Positions 50,441 to 62,708 of a DNA stretch of 64,000 nucleotides are shown here, piece by piece. Source of the DNA: Parasitella parasitica NRRL 2501 (Eukaryota > Fungi > Mucoromycota); the NCBI GenBank assembly GCA_025201805.1, contig MU619237.1:1-64000 (forward strand), written 5' to 3'. The notes under the pieces are model-generated. The model searched no databases, was not told the DNA's origin, and saw only the letters and a list, made by a program, of their open reading frames with translations. The position numbers were made by a program, and so were the translations under genes. Position 1 is the first letter of the stretch, and every line of letters begins with the position of its first letter.

Positions 50441-52072
50441 ATGCTCACCAAAAAACATGCTGTAGATGACGATTTTGAGTCTCCTAGAAATGTTAAAATT
50501 GAAAGCAACGTAGATTATTTGTCTTACAAATTTGATGAAATGGACCTTGCTGCTTCTTGGCGCATGTTGACAAAGCAGAAGTTGACCATCGTCAATGGGA
50601 TTCGGCTTGAAAATGCTTCATGGAGAACATGGGCCAAGCAGAGGAACAATCTCAAGACTGTCAGTCCAGATACACTCAATTGGTAAAATTCATGCATAAA
50701 TATATAATCAAACGATTAATTTGATTGGGAAAATTGTAGGCTAAAGGATTGTGATGTTACATGGCTATATGGTCCTTTAAATATTGTGATTAAAAACATG
50801 GATGAAAAAGACCGTTATTCCAAGCCAAAAGTATCGACTACTGAAGATACTTATGGCCTAATGATCTCTCCTCCTTCTCAGCCTGTGACCGATGAAAACC
50901 ATGGCCAGTCTGTCCAAACAACAGAAAAGCTGGCTTTGTCCAATCCGCTCGTTGAATCACCATCCTCAACTCCTCCAGCTAGCGCTTCACCTTCACAAAC
51001 GCCCCAAAAGCCCCTCAAATCTGCCTTGAAAAAAGTAACCATGTCAGATTTATTGAAGAGATCTGCCTCAGAGTTACAGATTAATACCAATCTATCCAGC
51101 AATATTTCGATATCAGAAGCTAACGAACAGCTCGGTGCATTTTCGCCTGCTGTGATCGCTAGCCATAGACAGCCGAAATTACGATTCAATCAATATGTAG
51201 AACAATGCATCGCTCTCTCTTCGAATACAGTGAACAAAAAGAAGACATCCCGCGTAAGAATGGCCGATTCAAATGACGGCGTAGATCATGAAGATGAGGA
51301 TAATTCTACCACGGATGAGGATTATGACCCTGATGATTCTGATGCGGATAGCATTCTCATGATGCGATCCTTTAAACCCCAAAAGATGAGATCCTCCATC
51401 AAAAAGATTGAGCCGGCTCTTCTGAAAACCCATTCAAGATCTGATCATGATTCTGTGGCTTCTGATGATTCATCATCAGATGAAAACGACGATAACATTC
51501 TGTTGATGCCTTCCAGTTGTAAAGGTCACCGTACAAGTCGATCTTATCGCCACAAAAGAGCTCCAAACGATACAGAGACTTGGGACGCTGAGAGCGCTGA
51601 ATCAGATGCACTTGTAAAACATATCATCAATGTATCCAAAACCAAGCAGTCAATAGTCAAAGACCCAGCAGCAGATAGGGTACCGGTTGACGCGATTGCT
51701 TATGACACTGACGCAACAGCAGATCAAATGCAAGCGAAATCAGATTATGATTATGAGTTTGATGACGGTGATTGGGATTCACATAGTGAGCATATGGAGG
51801 ATGGCCCATCCTCACTTACGCATGAATGTTATCCGCCAATTGCACCCGCTCCACCTGTTGGGTGCAAGGTATCTAAGACGCCTGTATACAATCAGTCTGT
51901 ATCACCAGCAACAAAAGCGAAGGTTGAGAGAAGTTCGAGCGACATAAAGAATGATAACAAAATGGATAAAAATCTAAACAATAGCAATAGCAGCAGCAAC
52001 AATTCATTGTTTAGTAGCATTGCACATTGGGCGTCATCTCATCTTTGGCCAGCTGAGAATTCAAAAAAGTAA
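50441..52072 (+). CDS. Reg1-like PP1 regulatory protein (DUF1752)
   Basis: VDYLSY..SWR..RLENASWRTWAKQ..LNW|LKDCDVTWLYGPL, KSALKK, KLRFNQYVEQCIAL (RVxF-type). CCAAT boxes upstream. Confidence 0.85.
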
Positions 52073-52315
52073 TGCTGGATGACAGAACTTCGTGATCTCG
52101 ATATACTAAATACGCAAAAACCTGCTTCTTATTCACACTTAATTCCAAAAGAAACCCCCATCATCAAGCTATGACAATCATTTTATAGCACCTGTACATC
52201 AATCCATTATCAATAAAGTCTTTTTTTTTTTTTTTTTTTTTTTATTTTATTACAGTCACGAGCCACTGAGAAGTTTCTTTCCAACTCTGGCCGACAATCC
52301 ACATGCCTCTCTTTA

Positions 52316-53493
52316 ATGGCATCGTCAACAAGTAAATCAAGACATTCGTCTTCACCTTTACGCCATAGGTCAAGACGTTCACCTTCTCCTCATCACAGAA
52401 GCAGCAGAAGAAGACATGACAGTCGATCCAAGTCTCCTAGTCGTGGAGAAAGGTCAAAGCACCATCACGAAAAGAGCAAACGACGTTGTTCAAGAAGCCC
52501 TGACGATTCAAAACGCTCCCGTCATAGAAGCAGTCGACATTCAGAAAATAGAGGTAGCAGACGATCGTACTCTGTAAGCTCGAATTCGTCGTCCTCTTCA
52601 TCTAGCTCTTCTTCTTATGATAGAAAAAGAAGGGAGCATAAAAAGCATAAAAAAGATAAAAAGCACAAGAAGTCAAAGGTATAGTGACAATCAATTCATG
52701 GTCGTGTGCACTGACAAAAAAAAATACTGTTAGAAAAAGTCAAAGAAGACCAAATCATCGTCTATTGGCGACCAGTGGGGCAAATTTGGTATCATCCATG
52801 AAGCCGAGTAAGATTTATTGTTCAAAACACTGTCGACGAAAATCCTAACCATCTAAAATATACCATAGTTTATTCACAAAAGAGGCAGTAAGTTTTTTTT
52901 GTTATTATTGCATTACAAAGAATCCAGGGATTTGGAAAAGCTAATAAACTGACATTTCATTAGGAATTTCAAGCATGGTTGATTGAAGTGAAGCATGCAA
53001 ATGTAGAAACATTGAATAACAACAAACGAAAGGAAATGTTTATCGATTTTATGGAAGATTACAACACAGCAACAATGCCTCATGAAAAGTAAACTATTTA
53101 TGAAGAAAAAAAAGGTTAGAACGCACACATTAATATAACATTTAGATTTTACAATTTGCAACAATGGGAAAGACGGCAAGAAGCTATTCGTATGGGCGAA
53201 AAACCTATACCTACTGGAGACTTTTTTGATTTCAAAAACGACGAAGAAAAACTAAAGTTGGTTGATAAAAGTTTTAGAAGATTTCTAATTTATTCATGTT
53301 GTTTTACAGAATGCAGCATCGTCTAGCAGCAAGAGCAGCCGCTTCTCGTCAACCTACTCTCAAGCTGTCTGAAGAGCAGATCAAGGAACTTACCAGAGTC
53401 AATAGAGAAAGAGTTGAAGCAGACCGCATGCGAAAAATGGGGCTGAAGCCTAAAGAAAGTATGGGCGTTCGATATGAAGAAGACAACGAATGA
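52316..53493 (+). CDS. Conserved RS/K-rich nuclear protein (SCI1-like), multi-exon
   Basis: RS-rich N-terminus, WGKFGII, EFQAWLIEVK, FMEDYNTATMPHEK|FYNL, MGVRYE. Confidence 0.75.
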
Positions 53494-53980
53494 ATATATA
53501 GATAATTTGCAAAATGATCTGCTTTTTTAAAATATAAAGTGGTGCATACCTTACTTCCTCCCCCCGCCATATAATGGTACACTTGAAGAAGAGCAGAAGC
53601 GCCCTTTCTTCATAACAAATGTATCGAGTATTTTACAAACGTCGTATTCATTTTTGTGTTTTGATTTCACTGCGTTTTACTTTTATAAAGTTTTACTTTC
53701 TATCTATAAAACCATACATTTTTTTGAGCAGATCATATTCGATCCCTATGTTCTCTGCGCATAGCACTGATTTTTTACATTGAAGATTGCATTTAAACGC
53801 TAGTAGGCTTCGAAAAGCAGCGAAGTATGGATTACTTTACATTTGGCTGAAACAGGCATGATCTGGGCTATCTGAGGCATAACTTGGTTTCCATTGGGCG
53901 ATGTCTCTAGGTATAATAAGTTATCTGCAAAAACGGTTTTTTTATGGATTTTTTTATAGATAAGAAAATATGTAATAATA

Positions 53981-54638
53981 GGGGTATTCAAATAGCAAAA
54001 AAAAATTAAATAAAAAAAAAATAACTAAAATGTTTCAGCCAATAGATTCGATATACAAGTGAATACCCCATTTTAATAAAAATTTGATGATTTTAATTAA
54101 AAATTTAAAAACAAGGAAGGAGCTTTCAAAATTGAGTAAATCTTTAAAGCGTCGGGAGACTGATTCACTTCCTCACCATACATGGTGCCACCATGTTGTT
54201 TGGTTGGCTAGGTGGAGACATGCTGACGGTAAGGCGTTGCAACTCACTGGCAGCATCATTGCTGGTATGGTGGTAGCCTAATTTGGTTCTGTAAATGCCA
54301 CGCACAGGACAGTGCCGGTCATGTCAGCAAGGATTCTCTAGTTGCTGATTGAGCAACACCCTGCTGCCCACGTTTTATGGAAGCAGAGTGGAGAGGGCAG
54401 GACAAACGAGGATCCTAGTCTTGACAACAACCTTTTCGTGATTAGATGTATACGGGTGTTCTGGCCAATCATACATATTGTTTTTATTTTAATTTAATTG
54501 AAGATTTTAAGAAGAAGCAAAACGGTCTTCTTAAAAAAAGCGAAAAATAAAAAAAATAATTAAAATTTACCCAATAAAATTGCTCAATTTTTTTTTATTT
54601 AATTTAATTTTTTTATCATTTTGCTATTTGAATACCCC
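53981..54638. mobile_element. MITE / non-autonomous DNA element
   Basis: Perfect 20-bp TIR GGGGTATTCAAATAGCAAAA with an AT-rich imperfect extension; TAATA on both flanks. Confidence 0.8.
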
Positions 54639-54643
54639 TAATA

Positions 54644-56329
54644 CACCTTTTGTAAAAATAAATGGCACACACACCGAAAATTATGGCACACTTTTTTTTT
54701 TCGATTTGGCACGATTGAGAATTACGTATGGCACACTAATACAAATTAAGTTGGCACAAACTACATTTAATGATGGCACACTTTTGAAATTCTTTATGGC
54801 ACACATTTCTTTTAATTCAACAACTAAAAAACATGTCTTTCAAAGTCTATTTCGAAGATGGCAGAGGAAATACCATGGATGAAGATGGCTTAGAACCCGT
54901 GCAAATGGAAGTGGATGAGGAGGCGTATCCTTTAGATAATATAACCACTTATGATTCACACCTGGATCTGAAACCACCTGAAAAGAAAATACAAGCAAAA
55001 GTCAAAAAACTCGACAGAGCTCCCAGTAATCCAAACGGTTCAAACGTCAAAAAAATACATCGCGGAGACGATGTAAAGGATATGTTTTTTTACTACGTCT
55101 ATGAGAAGGGACTGACTGCTGGAAAAGCGGCAAGTGTTATGAACGTCCCTCGTAGAACGGGTTACAATTGGCTTAAAGACGATCAGGATGAAGTTGTGGG
55201 TAGACTCGAGGGAAAAAATGATGATAGCAGAGACGAAGAATTGACTGAGAGACGAGGTAGAAAGGCAATATTAAACGAAGATCACAAAAAGCATCTTGAG
55301 GAAACGTTTGGTGAGAACCCTTCAGCAACGGTCGATCAAGCCATAGATAGTCTGACTAGTCATTTTGAGGGTCTGAAAGTTGGTAAAAAAACCGTTCATA
55401 ACTTCATGGTTAATGAATGCGCGTTGTCCTTTAAAAAAGCTTATTTTTACCCTGCTGAAAGAAATTCGATCGAGAAAATCCAACAAAGATTCGAGTGGGT
55501 AAGCAACTGGTCAAAAGCAGATTTGGACTACCAAAGCAACTGTATTTTCATTGATGAAGCGGCTTTCAATATCAATCTCAAGAGGACAATGGCTTGGTCA
55601 AGAAAAGGGGAGAGAGCCATAGTTGAGACACCTGTAACGAGGGCACAAACGACAACCATTTTGGGTGCCATATCACCTCTCGGTATAATCAATGTGAAAG
55701 TAAGAAGACCGTACCAGTCTGCTTCAAAAAAGCGAAAGTTGCATGGAGCATCATCTAAAGCCTCCGGGTCTTCTGCAATCAAGACAGTAGGCACCGTTAC
55801 TAGTCATTATTTTAATTTCATCGCCAGTACCCTTGATGTGTTAGACAAACACGATCAATTTAAAGGCTTCTACATTGTCATGGACAATGTTCCCATCCAC
55901 AAAAACCTTGATATTCAAAGATACATAATCAATCGCGGCTACAGGTGCGTTTATCTCCCACCCTATTCACCTGAATTGAATCCAATCGAGCAGTTTTGGT
56001 CAGTGGTTAAAAGTAAACTGAAAAAAGAAAAACTCTTGGATAAGGAAACGCTTACTTCAAGAATAACCGACGCTTGCAACAGTGTTCTTTTCAGTGATTT
56101 ACAGGGCTTTTGCCGATATTCTGAATTAAAATGGCAAGTATGCTTTGATAAACTTCCACTTTGAATATGGCACACTTTGTGCCAAAAATTTTGTGCTATC
56201 AATAAAAGAATTATGTGCCAAACTAATAAAAATTTCTGAGCCAATCAAAAAAATTAATGTGTGCCAAATCGAAAAAAAAAAGTGTGCCATAATTTCCGGT
56301 GTGTGTGCCATTTATTTTTACAAAAGGTG
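54644..56329 (+). mobile_element. Full-length IS630/Tc1 (DD34E) transposon
   Basis: ~68-bp near-perfect TIRs starting CACCTTTTGTAAAAATAAATGGCAC, TA TSDs (54642-43 and 56330-31), subterminal TGGCAC repeats. Confidence 0.96.
54833..56164 (+). CDS. Intact DD34E transposase, 443 aa
   Basis: HTH (AGKAASVMNVPRRTGYNW), IFIDEAAF, VMDNVPIH-x-LPPYSPELNPIE with 34-aa spacing. No stops. Confidence 0.95.
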   Translation: MSFKVYFEDGRGNTMDEDGLEPVQMEVDEEAYPLDNITTYDSHLDLKPPEKKIQAKVKKLDRAPSNPNGSNVKKIHRGDDVKDMFFYYVYEKGLTAGKAASVMNVPRRTGYNWLKDDQDEVVGRLEGKNDDSRDEELTERRGRKAILNEDHKKHLEETFGENPSATVDQAIDSLTSHFEGLKVGKKTVHNFMVNECALSFKKAYFYPAERNSIEKIQQRFEWVSNWSKADLDYQSNCIFIDEAAFNINLKRTMAWSRKGERAIVETPVTRAQTTTILGAISPLGIINVKVRRPYQSASKKRKLHGASSKASGSSAIKTVGTVTSHYFNFIASTLDVLDKHDQFKGFYIVMDNVPIHKNLDIQRYIINRGYRCVYLPPYSPELNPIEQFWSVVKSKLKKEKLLDKETLTSRITDACNSVLFSDLQGFCRYSELKWQVCFDKLPL

Positions 56330-57194
56330 TATATGAAAATATGTAAAAATATTTGGTTAGGTGATAAAAATCGCATATAAGCGCTGATAGGCTACGATAA
56401 AGAGCCCAAATTAAAGCCTATCTTATGCTTCATTAAAAAGGGCATGTTCATCGCTATCTGATCATAACTCGATTTGCAGCACCGGGCGATATGTCTTGTA
56501 GTAAAAGTTAGTACAAAAAAATCTTCTGTTGGTGTTGTGATAAGAGGTAATAATAATGTATTTTTTTTTGGACTTGGCTGATGAAACGCACACAGTCAAG
56601 GCTATCTTATAAGCACCTTAGTTAGGACTACATAACGTAAATATGTAAAGTCATCAACAGAAGAAAACACATACACAACAAAGCAGCAAGACAGATGTTT
56701 TATTAGACTTGACTAATACCTGTTGGCACAAATAGGTCATCTGAAAATGATTATTGATCTGCATAATTATTTTGTAAGCCAAACTCATTTACTCTACTCT
56801 GCGTTTTTGTAATATTATTGAATGAATATCCAAAATTAGCTTCAGTCTAAACAGATTGCTGCTTTCCTTCTGCATGTTGAAAATGAGGCCATCCTACAAC
56901 GTCAGAAAGACTGCCTCATCATATAATAATCTTTGGTACAGCAAGCTCTATTTTTTTGCATTAATATCCTATTTACAAAAAAAAGGCATATTTAAAGGAA
57001 AATGCTCTCAAGAAAATACGCATGCTACCTCTTGTTATATAAGCTTAATACTGTCAATCATGGGCTTCTAGATTTGACATACATTTATCTTGGTAGCGAT
57101 GGCTCGTGACGTTATGTGCAGCGGCAGTCAAAGACACACTTGGCAAAACTTTAAAAAGAAAGCTTTTAGGATTGACTTTTCAATACACTTTAAC

Positions 57195-58471
57195 ATGGCA
57201 TACGCATATAATCAGGCACCTCAAGGAAACATGTCTTTTCAAGGTGTGTCTTACGACACATTATCAGCGCCCCCAACTCGTACATTATGGTTAGTCGTCA
57301 GAGGATATCGCGACGTTGTCTCGATTGATTTTAACGTAATATTTCATGTGTGGATAGGATGGGAGAGCTAGAACAGTGGATGGATGAAAACTATTTACGG
57401 CAGTTATGGTGGAGCTACGGAGAGGAAATAACTTGTCGTATCAGTATTGATAAATACGGAAGCACTTACGCATTCATTGATTTTCAATCACATGAAGGAG
57501 CAGGTAAACTTTTACAAACACTGAATGGAACACAAATACCAAATACAAACAGCTACTTCAAGTTGAATTGGTCAAACAGAGATGGAAATGGAGTGCCAAT
57601 TGTTAACAAGTAAGAGAGAATATGCGGGATGATTATGGATATCTGTTGACATTTTATCCCAAGTGCTGTTGGAGGAGGAGCGATTGGAGGAGCAGGGTTC
57701 AATATGAATGGTGATTTCAGTATATTTGTGGGCGATTTGGGACCAGATGTAGATGATAATGTTTTGCTCGCAGCTTTTCAAAGTAGATATGCATCCATAT
57801 GCTCAGCAAAAGTGATGATGGATCCAGTTACCGGCTACACTCGAGGGTTTGGATTTGTTCGGTTCTTTGATGAGACAGAGCAGCAACGGGCACTTGAGGA
57901 AATGCAAGGTGTTTATGTGGGCTCCAGACCGATCCGCGTATCTGTTGCAAGAGCAAGGGCTAAATTCGATGTTGGACTTGGTCCTCATACACCTGAATCA
58001 GAAATTTCCACGGTATTTGTGGGAGGGTTAAATAATACAATCACAGAAGAGGAATTGAGAGCCTACTTTGGCACTTGTGGCAACATTATTGCAGTCAAAA
58101 TAATTCCAAACAAGAACATCGCGTTCATCCAGTATCTACAGAGGAGCTCTGCTGAACAATCCATTGCAGAGCTGAATGGGTCGCACTTAGGGGGTGCTAA
58201 ATTAAGATTATCATTTGGTAGAACACAGCTGAATGCAGCGCCAACAGCGGGTTACTACCAGCCTCCGATTCCTGTAGGATACATGAATCAACCCTACCAA
58301 GCTATGGCTCCCCCTCCCGCGCCTGTAATAATACCTCCACCTGAATTGATTGATCCAAAGAAACCATTTCAAGTGGAAATTGAAAACGACAAGTTTATGG
58401 CTTTTGAAGAGTCCAAATACGCCAATTGGATTTCAAGCTTGTCTTCTAGTGAAACCTCCAAAACACTATAG
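57195..58471 (+). CDS. Three-RRM RNA-binding protein (Nam8/Ngr1/RBP45-like)
   Basis: TLW|MGELEQWMDENY, FKLNWS, SIFVGDLGPDV, RGFGFVRF, TVFVGGL, RLSFGR. Confidence 0.9.
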
Positions 58472-58597
58472 CATACAGATAAATAAACGCTTTTTTTGTT
58501 GTTGTGCTTTTTTCACCTCCCTTGGTTTCTTTTTTTTTTTTTTTTTTTTTTGTTGCGAGAAAAAAGTTACCTCTACCCTTTTTAATTCATTACGAAA

Positions 58598-61500
58598 ATG
58601 AGCTTCAGCAGTAAGTCATAGAACGCTTCAAGGATCTCGGCCATGACTAACCCAAGTCGTGCCATGCTCTGTATAGGAATCAATCTCAACAGCATATCAA
58701 GAAGCAAGAACGGCAATGCAAATGCAAACAACCAGAATCGAGAACTCTCAAGAACCATTCGTGTTTCCAACTTGCATCGTTTAACAGTTCCTTCAACATT
58801 GATGCAATATTTTGATAGATTTGAGGTTGTCAAGGATGTTACATTGGAGGAAGATGAAAATGATAATCTGACAGGAACGGCAATAGTTGCATTTCAGTAA
58901 GAAATCAACGGATTAGAATTATAAGCTACTAGTCGACTAATCTGCTGTGTAGGAAACCACCTGCTAACCGTAGCGAGCTCTCTAATGCATCACATAGAAT
59001 TGATGGCAAATCAGTGCACGTCGAGTTTATTAGAAATATGTCGATAGAGCATAATTTTGTATGGGAGACGGCCATGCTGTTTCCCCGCTCGTTTTCGATG
59101 GGCTTTATGAAATCCCCAAAGGTGTTTGTTGAGGGGTGGTTAAGCACTGAAAGAGACTTGAAGTTTGAATTTAACTACACACTGCGAAGAGTCAGTATCT
59201 TCTTCACGCATCTTGGCGAAGAATACAAGGTGGAATACAAGTTCAAAGACGTCGACGGTGAAATGTACGCCGAAAAAGGTAATAACGTAACCATCTTTAC
59301 CATTCCACTGCGACATCCTGGTGTATTTTGGAAGAGAAACCAGGAAGTGCTTTCAGAAACGAAAAACTCGTCAAAGAGAGGAAAGCAGTGGGAGCGTGTT
59401 ACCCTGATTCCCTTGGATAAAGACTCAGACATCACCACTCAACAGAAAACGCCATTCTTGCCTGTCCCTCATCCCAATGCTCTGGACCTCGGCAACTGGC
59501 TTACCTACCGTTTGGTCTTTCATCCCTCACCGAAACATGCTCAAGAATTCGAACGAAAGCTAAAGGGTGCAGCAGATTTTAACTTGGTGCCTCGTGATTC
59601 GGGTTGGAAAAAACCATTCATTGATGTTGTCAAGATTGGAGATTTGCCCAAACCTTTGGATCATAAACAACGATGCGATTTGAACATGCATTTTGATGTC
59701 CTGTATATGATTGAATCATGCATATCTTACCATTACTTGAATGAGTTTAATCTAGATGTCAATTTCTACGACATACTCATGTTATTGAAACCTGGGGTTG
59801 CCTGTGGCATACTCCAAATAATCAGCAATGCAAAGCAGCGTATATGGAATCCAGAGGAAGAACTGTACAAAATCTTTGAAAGAGTTGGCATGAAGGTGCA
59901 GCAACGGAGAAGCGTGCCAGATCATTGTGCTTTGCTGCGGAAAATCATCGTTACCCCTTCACATATATATATCCAAACGCCTTCGGTAGAGACCACCAAC
60001 AGAGTTATCCGTCATTACAAGGACCAGTCTGAAGGTTTTATTCGAGTGCAGTTCATGGATGAAGGGTTCAATCGCGTCGGTGCCGGCCATAGCAACATGA
60101 CAAAAGAGTCCATCTATACCCGAATCTTCACCATACTGAGGCGTGGCGTGCAAATTGGTAAAAAGCGATACGAGTTTCTAGCTTTCTCCAGCTCTCAGCT
60201 GCGCGAACAAGGCTGCTGGTTCTTTGCTCCAACCAGAGAAACAAATGCTACCGACATTCGTGGTTGGATGGGCGTCTTTTCGCACGAAAAGGTGGTGGCG
60301 AAACATGCTGTTCGTATGGGGCAATGCTTTTCGTCCACTCGTCCTGTCTACACTTTGGAGCCTGAAGAAGTTGAATACATTGACGACGTCAAAAGGTTTG
60401 GCTACACGTTTTCTGATGGAGTTGGCAAGATATCGCCCTCGTTGGCCAAAGAAGTAGCAATACGTTTAGATTTAAAGATGGAGCCTAGTGCATTTCAGTT
60501 TCGTTTGGGCGGCGCAAAGGGTGTTCTTACGATCGATAAGCGCCTGGTAGATACTCAGGTCAAGGTTCAATTGAGGCCGAGTCAGATCAAGTTTGAATCA
60601 AAGCATCTGACACTGGAGGTTATTCGGACTTCAACTTACATCCACAGCTATCTGAACCGACAGGCCATCACACTGCTGTCAGCCTTGGGCATCAAAGATC
60701 ACATCTTTCTTGATCTAATGAATGAAATGCTGCAAGATGTGGATAGACTTTTCTCGAAGCCTGAGGAAGCCATTCGTGTCTTGCAGGGAAACGTCGATGA
60801 AGCTGGCACAGCATTGTTCATGGTGCCTCTTATTCAAGCTGGCTTTCTTGAGCGTGGTGACCCTTACATCAAGAATCTGCTCAACTTGTTCAGAGTGAAC
60901 ATCCTTAAAGATCTTAAAAAAAAGGCCAAGATTGTCGTCCCTAAAGGCGCTTTTTTGTTAGGCGTCATGGACGAAACTGGCATACTTGAAGAAGGAGAGA
61001 TATTCGTGCAGATCAACGATATATCTGCTAACAGGGGTATGAGCAAAGAAATTATTACTGGCGATGTGGTTGTCTTTAGAAACCCTTGCTTTCATCCAGG
61101 TGACATTCGCATTGTCAAGGCAGTTGACAGAGAAGAGCTCCATTACCTTGTTGATGTCGTTGTGTTTTCATCAAAAGGCGCAAGAGACATTCCCAGTATG
61201 TGCTCTGGTGGCGATTTGGATGGCGATGACTACACGATATATTGGGACCCAAGACTTATTCCATCTAGCAATTATGTTGCCATGGATTATACGCCTGCAC
61301 CGCCAAAGCTTGTGGATGATGTGAAGATAAAGGACATTCTAAAGTTTTTTGTCAACTACATCAACAATGACAATCTTGGACAGATTGCCAATGCGCATTT
61401 GGCAACAGCAGATCAGAGCGCAGTAGGCGCCAGAGACGGCAAATGCATTCGGTTGGCACAACTACATTCAGAGGCTGTTGGTAAGTGAGATGCCTTTGAC

Positions 61501-62538
61501 ATCCGTATCTCTTTGTCCTGACACATTCTAGATTTCCCGAAATCTGGAAAACCTGCTTTGTTGACGCAAGATTTGAAGGTTCGAATTTTCCCTGATTTCA
61601 TGCAAAAGAAAGATCGAGAATCATACCCATCAAAGAAGGTGCTAGGACAAATCTTCCGCTCCATTGACAAGTCAAATTACAAGGACTACAAGTCCACATT
61701 GACATCTGAGTCGACGTTTGATATTCGATTGCGTGTTCCGAAAATGGAGCTGTACATTGCCGAAGCAAGAGAGCTTCGAACCACATACAACCACAATCTT
61801 GGCGCTCATATGAATCAGTTTGGTGTGCAAACAGAAGCTGAGATATGCTCCGGATATGTTATCAAGTGGCTAAAGAAGGGCAAGTCGAAAACAAAGTTTA
61901 AGCAGAGCGATTATACCACAAAGGCTATGAAGGCATTCAAAGCCCTTTGGAAAAGGACGTTTGAGGCAGAGTTCTGGGATGAAGCTAAGCTCATTGACCC
62001 TTCCAAGAAACCGTTCATGGAAGCCAAGGCTGCTGCTTGGTACTATGTAACTTACCATCCTAATGAACGCAAAAGAGACATGTCTTTGGAGGGCGGTTTC
62101 TTCTCGTTCCCTTGGGTTGTTTCAAAGATTATCTGCGAGATCGCTAAACGCAGCAAAAAGAAACCGGATGAAGTTGACATTGAAGCTTCGCTGCCGTTTT
62201 CTGAGGAAGCCATCATGGAAGGGGAAGCTGAGCTAGCCAAGATGAACAACGACCTATGTCCCATCATTGAAGACGGCGATTTGGACGATGATGATGACGA
62301 GGATGGCTCTGAGGAGGATGGCGATGATGAGGACGATAGCGGTGACAATAGCGATGATGATGAAGTTGTATTCCATGTGGACGAGGATAGAAAAGTGGTG
62401 CCCACTCTACGCAGTAACAATGATAATACTTCTGGAAATCAAGCCTCTATTATTGCAAGCTCGTTCGAGACACGCCAGAATGTTGTAGCGGAGGATGCCT
62501 CGGAGGAGGATCTTTTGAGAGCTCTGGGTATTATATAA
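58598..62538 (+). CDS. RNAi RNA-dependent RNA polymerase with N-terminal RRM-like region and acidic tail
   Basis: FLAFSSSQLRE, RMGQCFSST, FSDGVG, FQFRLGGAKG, RNPCFHPGD, CSGGDLDGDDY, LHSEAV|DFPKSG. Exon 1 ATGAGCTTCAGCA|gtaagt. Confidence 0.96.
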
Positions 62539-62631
62539 TGACATTAATAAACTACAGAATAGCTGCATTATATATATATAGACTCTTGAGGCATTTGAAA
62601 TGAATAAATGGCATTTCATTTGTGGATTACA

Positions 62632-62653
62632 ACGCGGTCATGAACGCGCCAAA
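62632..62653. promoter_or_regulatory. MCB-core plus E2F-type composite element upstream of PIF1
   Basis: ACGCG 62632-36 and 62644-48; GCGCCAAA 62646-53 (reverse complement TTTGGCGC). Confidence 0.5.
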
Positions 62654-62708
62654 GCGTTTTTGTTGCGGGTGAAAAAAAATCTGTGCTTTGTTATACCATT
62701 TCAACAAC

